Part shown: piece by piece, positions 58,043 to 64,000 of the stretch
Layout of the letters: each line of letters opens with the position of its first letter
Numbering within the stretch: the first letter of the stretch is position 1
Sequence record: SRR31156797_1360
DNA length: 64,000 nucleotides
Strand: one strand, 5' to 3'
The notes under the pieces: model-generated
What the model saw: only the letters and a program-made list of their open reading frames with translations
Database searches by the model: none
What the model was told of the DNA's origin: nothing
Position numbers and translations under genes: made by a program

Positions 58043-58915
58043 ATGATGTCATTATCAGAAATTTCGTTTATCGTTTATGATGCTGTGGTTTATATAGCCG
58101 TGGCTTTTGCTATTTTCCTCATTGGAAAATTTGTTTACCAATTGCTTCATCCTTCGTTTAAGGTGAAAGAGGAGTTGGTTAAGAAAGATAATTTTGCTTT
58201 TGCAATTGCTCATGTAGGTTACTATGTAGGATTGCTTTTGGCAATTGGTAGTGCAATAGTTGGTCCATCGAACGGATTGGTTGCCGATATTATCGATATC
58301 GCAGTATATGGTTTGCTGGCAATTGTACTATTGAACTGTTCCATTTTTATTTCAGATTATCTGATGCTTCGTAACTTCTCAATTCGCAAAGAGATTATTG
58401 AGGATCAGAATGCAGGAACAGGAATTGTAGAAGGTGCTGTTTCGGTAGCTTCCGGATTGATTATTTTTGGAGCTGTTTCTGGTGAAAGTGGAGATCTGCT
58501 ATTTGGAATTTTAACCGCAGTAGTGTTTTGGGCATTCGGACAGTTGGCTCTGATTATTACGACCAGATTCTACAATTGGATTACGCCTTACAACCTTCAT
58601 GAGCACATTGAAAAAGACAATGTTGCTGTTGGTGTCGGTTTTGCCGGAGCTATTATCGCTATTGCCAATTTAATTCGTTTTGGATTGGCTGGTGATTTCG
58701 AAGGTTGGTTGCCATCCTTTACCGAAACAGGTTTCGAATTACTTGTTGGATTAATTCTTCTTCCTGTAATGCGTTTGATTACAGATAAAATTTTACTTCC
58801 AGGTGAAAGGTTGACTGACGAAATTATCAATCAGGAACATCCAAATGTGGGTGCTGCTTTGGTAGAAGCTTTTGCTTATATCGGAGGATCGGTACTAATC
58901 ACATGGTGCTTGTAA
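58043..58915 (+). CDS. DUF350 domain membrane protein (duplicated)
   Basis: Repeated motifs EELVKKDNFA, EIIEDQNAG, EHIEKDNVA, EIINQEHPNVG between TM pairs. Confidence 0.85.
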   Translation: MMSLSEISFIVYDAVVYIAVAFAIFLIGKFVYQLLHPSFKVKEELVKKDNFAFAIAHVGYYVGLLLAIGSAIVGPSNGLVADIIDIAVYGLLAIVLLNCSIFISDYLMLRNFSIRKEIIEDQNAGTGIVEGAVSVASGLIIFGAVSGESGDLLFGILTAVVFWAFGQLALIITTRFYNWITPYNLHEHIEKDNVAVGVGFAGAIIAIANLIRFGLAGDFEGWLPSFTETGFELLVGLILLPVMRLITDKILLPGERLTDEIINQEHPNVGAALVEAFAYIGGSVLITWCL

Positions 58916-58972
58916 ACAAGTAAAAGGTAACAAGTATAAAGATACAAGATATCCTTGATCGGTTTGGACTTT

Positions 58973-59008
58973 CTCCCTTTTTATGGGAGATCCCGACAGG
59001 GAGAGGGG
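58973..59008. repeat. REP-like GC-rich palindromic element
   Basis: CTCCC-N7-GGGAG then TCCCGACAGGGA-GAGGGG, in an AT-rich intergenic gap. Confidence 0.5.
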
Positions 59009-59042
59009 TGTTTTAAGAATTAGAATTCATAAGTAAAGAATT

Positions 59043-60581
59043 GTGTTTAAAAGTAAATCTACATTATTAAAGGCAGCAATATTTGCCACCGGATTTTCGG
59101 GTGTGGTGGCAGAATATATTCTGTCTACTATGGCTACCTATTTTTTAGGAGATTCCAATTTTCAATGGATAATGACCATCTCGTTGATGTTATTTTCAAT
59201 GGGATTGGGAAGTCGTTTAAGTAAGAATTTTGATAAGAACTTGTTAAAACTCTTTTTGTTTACTGAGTTTGCCTTATCTATAATTGTTTCCTTTGCTCCA
59301 TTATTGGTTTATACAGCTTCGGCATACACACAAGCTGTAGGAATATTGATTTATTCTTTAGCAATACTAGTCGGTTTGCTCATTGGGATGGAGATTCCAT
59401 TGGTAATCCGTATTAACGATGATTACGAGAAACTGCGTTTTAATATTTCCAATATCTTGGAAAATGATTACTATGGCAGTTTATTGGGAGGTATGTTCTT
59501 TGCCTTTATTGGTTTGCCAATTTTTGGGCTGATTTACACACCATTCATACTCGGTTTCGTTAATTTTTCTGTCTCAATTGTTGTATTGATTTTCCTTTGG
59601 AACTTATTGAAAGCAGGAGAGCAAAAAAGCCTGGTCGCAGTTGGTAGTTTTATATTGATATTTTTAACCTCAGGAGTTTTTGTTGCCGATAATGTAATTA
59701 CCTATGGGGAGCAGCGAAAATATGCCGATAAGGTGATTTATGCTGAGCAAACCAAGTATCAAAGAATTGTAATTACCCAATGGAAGAATGATTATTGGTT
59801 GTATTTAAACGGCAACCAGCAATTGTGTACTCGCGATGAAATCATGTATCACGAGCCTTTGGTTCATCCAGCAATGACTATGCATCCTAACCCAACCGAT
59901 GTTTTGGTTTTAGGTGGTGGCGATGGTTGTGCTGTTCGTGAGATTTTGAAGTATCCAAAAGTGGAAGAAATCACCTTGGTAGATTTGGATCCGGCAATGA
60001 CTAACTTAGGGAAAAGTAATCCTATTTTGACCGAGCTAAATCAAAATTCGTTGAGTAACGAAAAAGTGAAGATACTGAATGATGATGGATATAAATACTT
60101 GCTGGCAACTGATAATTATTACGATATAATTATTATCGATTTACCAGATCCTCGTTCGGTTGAATTGGGCAGATTGTATTCACATGAATTCTATAAAGTT
60201 TGCTACAAACATTTACGCCCTGGTGGTGTAATTATCACACAAGCTGGGAGTCCATATTTTGCCACACAGGCTTTTACCTGTATTTTGGAAACTATGAAAA
60301 GTGCTGGTTTCGAAACGGTGCCTATGCACAATCAGGTAATAACACTTGGTGAGTGGGGATGGAGTTTAGGAGTTAAACAGCCAAACTCAAATGTGAAAAA
60401 GCAATTGCAGAAACTGGAATTTGATGTGCCTACAAAATGGATAAATAATGAAGCAATGGCATTGATCACTTCTTTTGGTAAAGATTTTTATCCTTGGGTA
60501 AAAGACAGTGTATATGTCAATAGAATTCACGAACCAGTTTTGTACAAGTACTATTTAAAGGGGAATTGGGACCTGTATTGA
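59043..60581 (+). CDS. speE: Polyamine aminopropyltransferase (spermidine synthase) with N-terminal membrane domain
   Basis: About 7 TM, TKYQRI, YHEPLVHP, VLVLGGGDG, DLPDP. Confidence 0.9.
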   Translation: MFKSKSTLLKAAIFATGFSGVVAEYILSTMATYFLGDSNFQWIMTISLMLFSMGLGSRLSKNFDKNLLKLFLFTEFALSIIVSFAPLLVYTASAYTQAVGILIYSLAILVGLLIGMEIPLVIRINDDYEKLRFNISNILENDYYGSLLGGMFFAFIGLPIFGLIYTPFILGFVNFSVSIVVLIFLWNLLKAGEQKSLVAVGSFILIFLTSGVFVADNVITYGEQRKYADKVIYAEQTKYQRIVITQWKNDYWLYLNGNQQLCTRDEIMYHEPLVHPAMTMHPNPTDVLVLGGGDGCAVREILKYPKVEEITLVDLDPAMTNLGKSNPILTELNQNSLSNEKVKILNDDGYKYLLATDNYYDIIIIDLPDPRSVELGRLYSHEFYKVCYKHLRPGGVIITQAGSPYFATQAFTCILETMKSAGFETVPMHNQVITLGEWGWSLGVKQPNSNVKKQLQKLEFDVPTKWINNEAMALITSFGKDFYPWVKDSVYVNRIHEPVLYKYYLKGNWDLY

Positions 60582-60609
60582 TAATGATCAATTATTAATG
60601 AGTAATTAA

Positions 60610-60960
60610 ATGGAGTCAGAAACAAAAATATTAGCAGCAAAAATTCACAACCTTCGCTTTTGGGTATCGGAATGCAATCCGGATATCTTAAAAGAAACTT
60701 TCCAAAATTATTTGGAACAGGTTAAATTTGTGATTTTGAATTGTTCCGATCATCATTTTCCGGTGCAAGGATATACTGCATTTTGGTTGTTGGCAGAATC
60801 GCATTTAGCCATTCATACATTTCCAGATAAAGGATGGTCGTACGTAGAATTGAGTTCTTGCAATCAATTAAAATCGAAGAATTTTAAGGAACTGGTTGAA
60901 CAAAGCAATTTGGATGTAAATTGGAATGGAAATGGTATAGAAATTTGTTTACCTGAATAA
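60610..60960 (+). CDS. speD: S-adenosylmethionine decarboxylase proenzyme family protein
   Basis: F..QGYT, LLAESHLAIHTFP self-cleavage motif, ELSSC. Confidence 0.85.
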   Translation: MESETKILAAKIHNLRFWVSECNPDILKETFQNYLEQVKFVILNCSDHHFPVQGYTAFWLLAESHLAIHTFPDKGWSYVELSSCNQLKSKNFKELVEQSNLDVNWNGNGIEICLPE

Positions 60961-60970
60961 GTCAATTCTT

Positions 60971-61996
60971 ATGAATAAAAAACTCGGGTTTTTAATTGCC
61001 TTTTTGGTATATGTTATTGCGATTTTAGCGATTCATTGGTTCGAAAGTCAATCGGCAGAATCCAATATCAAAACCATTGGTGATGCCTTTTGGTATGCTA
61101 TTGTAACACTTACTACGGTTGGCTATGGTGATTTTTATCCAGTGACTTTACCAGGGAAAATTATCGGTTTAATTGTAATTATTGGTAGTCTAGGAATTTT
61201 AGGATTTATTATTGGAGAAGTAACGGTAAGATTCAATCAGTATATGGAAAAGAAAAAAAGTGGTTTTTGGGGAACCGATTTTGACAATCATTATGTGATT
61301 ATTGGTTGGAATGAATTCGGACAGAAAGTGGCAAATCAAATTATTCATGCAGGACAAAAGGTTGCATTTGTAACCAATTCAAAAGCCGATTTAGATTTGA
61401 TTACGGATTTGTATTCTTCAAAAGATGTCTTCTGTTTATTTGCCGATTACTCTAATATTGATGCCTACACTAAAATCAATATCGAGAGCTCGAAACGAGT
61501 ATTTGTAAATTTTGTTGAGGATTCGGAAACTCTGGTTTTTGTAATCAATTTAAAAAAGCAATATCCTACTGCAAATGTTGTGGTAACCTGCACTAACCCA
61601 AGTTTGAAAGAGACTTTCCTAAATGCAGGAATCGATCATGTGATTGCTCAAAACGAGGTGGCTTCTAAATTGGTTGCTTCCTATTTATTTGAACCTCATG
61701 TTGCAACCTATACCGAAGATTTAATAGCTACAAGTGTTGCAGAAGAAGATTCTGATATTCAGCAATATTTAATTACAGAAGAATGTGATTTTTCAGGTTC
61801 TGACTACATGAATGCTTTTATGAAACTGAAATTGGATTACAATTCCATTTTGATTGGTTTGGTGAAGGATGATAAAATCATTAAAAATCCGGTAAAAGGA
61901 ACGACGATAAATGCCGGAAATTATTTAATACTAATTTCTACAGGAGACAGCAAGCAAGGTCTTGAGAACTTTTTTGGAGTTAAAGAAGGAGAATAG
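60971..61996 (+). CDS. Two-TM potassium channel with RCK/TrkA domains
   Basis: TTVGYGD selectivity filter, HYVIIGW, C-terminal NP RCK-C. Confidence 0.92.
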   Translation: MNKKLGFLIAFLVYVIAILAIHWFESQSAESNIKTIGDAFWYAIVTLTTVGYGDFYPVTLPGKIIGLIVIIGSLGILGFIIGEVTVRFNQYMEKKKSGFWGTDFDNHYVIIGWNEFGQKVANQIIHAGQKVAFVTNSKADLDLITDLYSSKDVFCLFADYSNIDAYTKINIESSKRVFVNFVEDSETLVFVINLKKQYPTANVVVTCTNPSLKETFLNAGIDHVIAQNEVASKLVASYLFEPHVATYTEDLIATSVAEEDSDIQQYLITEECDFSGSDYMNAFMKLKLDYNSILIGLVKDDKIIKNPVKGTTINAGNYLILISTGDSKQGLENFFGVKEGE

Positions 61997-62054
61997 TATT
62001 GATTTCAATGTATTAAATACTGTCACTATTCACCAGTATAAGTATTAATGCTTC

Positions 62055-62126
62055 CACAGCCTAAGTGTTGACAGTGTCATAGCTTAAGTGTGAAGACTGT
62101 CATAGCCTAAGGGCGAACAGTCTCAT
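62055..62126. repeat. Three degenerate 23-bp tandem repeats
   Basis: CACAGCCTAAGTGTTGACAGTGT / CATAGCTTAAGTGTGAAGACTGT / CATAGCCTAAGGGCGAACAGTCT starting at 62055, 62078, 62101. Confidence 0.8.
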
Positions 62127-62152
62127 ATTATAAATTGGCGTATTTCAGAAAT

Positions 62153-62611
62153 TTACTCCGGATTGTATCCCACATCATCCGGAAGGTTGGGTGCCTGCGA
62201 AGCCATAACTGCAAGTTCATCTGCTCGTTCGTTGCCTGGAATATTCGAATGACCTTTCACCCACACAAATTTCACATTGTGTTTCTTATAGATCTCAAGA
62301 AAACGCATCCATAAATCAGCATTTTTCTTTCCTTTAAAACGTTTTTTCACCCAACCGAATACCCACTTTTTATCTACTGAATCTATCACGTATTTTGAAT
62401 CAGAATAAATCGTAACATCGCAGCCAGGATTTTTTAGGCTTTCCAAACCCACGATAACAGCCAGTAATTCCATTCTGTTATTGGTAGTAAGTTTATAACC
62501 CTGGTTTAAATCTTTACGGTGTTTCCCCGATATTAAAACAACTCCATATCCTCCCGGTCCGGGATTTCCACTTGCTGCACCATCCGTAAACATTGTAATT
62601 TTTGCTGACAT
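62153..62611 (-). CDS. rnhA: Ribonuclease HI
   Basis: FTDGAASGNPGPGG, TTNNRMEL, SDSKYV, WVKGH, NERADELA. Confidence 0.97.
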   Translation of the reverse strand: MSAKITMFTDGAASGNPGPGGYGVVLISGKHRKDLNQGYKLTTNNRMELLAVIVGLESLKNPGCDVTIYSDSKYVIDSVDKKWVFGWVKKRFKGKKNADLWMRFLEIYKKHNVKFVWVKGHSNIPGNERADELAVMASQAPNLPDDVGYNPE

Positions 62612-62682
62612 CTTTGTTGGTTTGGGATTTCTAAATCAAAAGTAAGAAAATTTACCTTCCATTTCTCGATTTGCAAACATAG

Positions 62683-62715
62683 AAAAAGGATGCCCGAAAA
62701 TTCGAACATCCTTTT
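62683..62715 (-). terminator. Intrinsic terminator after S46 peptidase gene
   Basis: AAAAAGGATG-CCCGAAAATTCGAA-CATCCTTTT. Confidence 0.7.
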
Positions 62716-62737
62716 GATTTATTTTGTGAGTGGTTAA

Positions 62738-64000
62738 TTACTTCACAATAGTTAATTCGTCGATGATGTTTTGAGCACCTGCAAACTTATCGATGATGAA
62801 AAGTGTGTAACGAATATCAAGGTTGATACATCTTTGTAGGTTTTCTTCAAAATCGATATCACCAGACATCGCTTCAGAGTTACCGTCGAAAGCTGTACCA
62901 ATTAACTCACCATTACCGTTGATTACAGGAGAACCTGAGTTACCACCAGTAATGTCGTTGTTTGTAAGGAAACAAGCTGGTAAGTGACCATTCTTGTCAG
63001 CATACATACCGAAGTCTTTCTTTTCGTACAATTCCTTCAATTTAGCAGGAACAACGAATTCAGGATTTGTTGGATCTTCCTTCTCCATTACACCTTTTAA
63101 GGTAGTGTAGTGGTAGTAGTAAGCACCATCTTTAGGAGCATATCCACCAACAGTTCCGTAAGTTAAACGAAGGGTTGAATTGGCATCTGGAGCAAGATTT
63201 TTCTCTTTGTTGATTTGCAATAAACCATCAACGAATAAACGCATACCTTTATTTAACTCATCAGCACCTGCACTCATTTTTTCGTAGCTTGCGCCATAAG
63301 ATTTTCTTACAGAAAGACCAATATTTAGAAGTAAATCATTTTCTAATACAGTCAATTCAGGCGCTTCAATAAATTTGTTGAATTTCTCCTCAGATGCGAA
63401 CACTGAATTTGCATAAACTTCTTCAGCAAACTTATCAAAGTCATTGTTGTATTCTTCAGCAATAGTTTTGAAGATTTCAGGACTTTCTTCTACAGCAATT
63501 TTATCAGCATACATTTTATACAATCCAGCCATTAACTTTTGATCGGTTGGAGCATTGTAATCTTTATAGAATCTTTTTGCAGATGCTTTTAGTTTGGTAA
63601 TTGCTTTTTCAATTGCTACGGTATCTTGCTTTTCTGCGGCTAATAATTTTTTCAAACTCTTAGCTCTTGAAGCAAACATAGGAGCTTCAGCACCTTGTGC
63701 AAGTGCTTCACCAATGTATGAACTTGCAAATCTCGCATCTTTTCTGTCTGCGTAAGATTTTTTAATCATATTTAAAGCCTCAGCATATTTTGCTGCACGT
63801 TTTGGCTTCTCATTAGCCCAATCAAGAAATTCTTTTTCAATATCCTCTTTGGCACCTTTTGTATTTAATTTTTTTAATGCTTTGTTCTGCTCGTTAGAGT
63901 ATTTCCAGTAGTTAGCACTTCCTGCATGCTTCGAAGCATACTGAATTCTAACCTTAGGATCTTTAAGCATATCTTTCTTCATGATATCCAACTTTAAAGT
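62738..64000 (-). CDS. S46 family dipeptidyl peptidase (DPP7-like), 5' part outside window
   Basis: PDANSTLRLTYG, DITGGNSGSPV catalytic Ser, AFDGN (Gly at the position that is Arg in DPP11). Confidence 0.92.
   Translation of the reverse strand, partial: TLKLDIMKKDMLKDPKVRIQYASKHAGSANYWKYSNEQNKALKKLNTKGAKEDIEKEFLDWANEKPKRAAKYAEALNMIKKSYADRKDARFASSYIGEALAQGAEAPMFASRAKSLKKLLAAEKQDTVAIEKAITKLKASAKRFYKDYNAPTDQKLMAGLYKMYADKIAVEESPEIFKTIAEEYNNDFDKFAEEVYANSVFASEEKFNKFIEAPELTVLENDLLLNIGLSVRKSYGASYEKMSAGADELNKGMRLFVDGLLQINKEKNLAPDANSTLRLTYGTVGGYAPKDGAYYYHYTTLKGVMEKEDPTNPEFVVPAKLKELYEKKDFGMYADKNGHLPACFLTNNDITGGNSGSPVINGNGELIGTAFDGNSEAMSGDIDFEENLQRCINLDIRYTLFIIDKFAGAQNIIDELTIVK

Overview
AT-rich chromosomal segment of a Bacteroidota bacterium. 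The taxon is inferred from TAnnTTTG promoter boxes, A-rich starts without Shine-Dalgarno sequences, and DUF4249, TonB-dependent receptor and S46 genes; Marinifilaceae-like is only a guess. Left to right: (1) the tail of a 42-bp-period palindromic repeat array; (2) a Cys-rich metal(loid)-resistance island (ArsR, omega-like GST, TauE, ArsP-type permease, SigZ-like ECF sigma, outer-membrane barrel, MerT-HMA fusion) with two unannotated Cys-Cys micro-ORFs and three copies of an ECF-type promoter, TGCATC-N16-CGnC; (3) cupin and BlaI/M56; (4) a seven-gene, ~15.6 kb transport operon combining TolC, MFP and two RND subunits with ABC components, in which the second RND is fused to a motif-intact ABC ATPase interrupted by a ~180-aa membrane insert, bracketed by two paralogous rhodaneses (best candidate for an undescribed system); (5) a TonB-dependent receptor locus with three DUF4249 lipoproteins; (6) a mevalonate-pathway cluster headed by an acyl-CoA dehydrogenase; (7) two TPR LytS-type kinases, FadL, a Fic protein lacking its catalytic His, sucCD, AraC and an acyltransferase; (8) a PspA-polyamine synthesis-K+ channel operon; (9) rnhA and a partial S46 peptidase. 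No rRNA, tRNA, transposase or cas gene was recognised. All calls come from reading motifs by eye; no database search was run.
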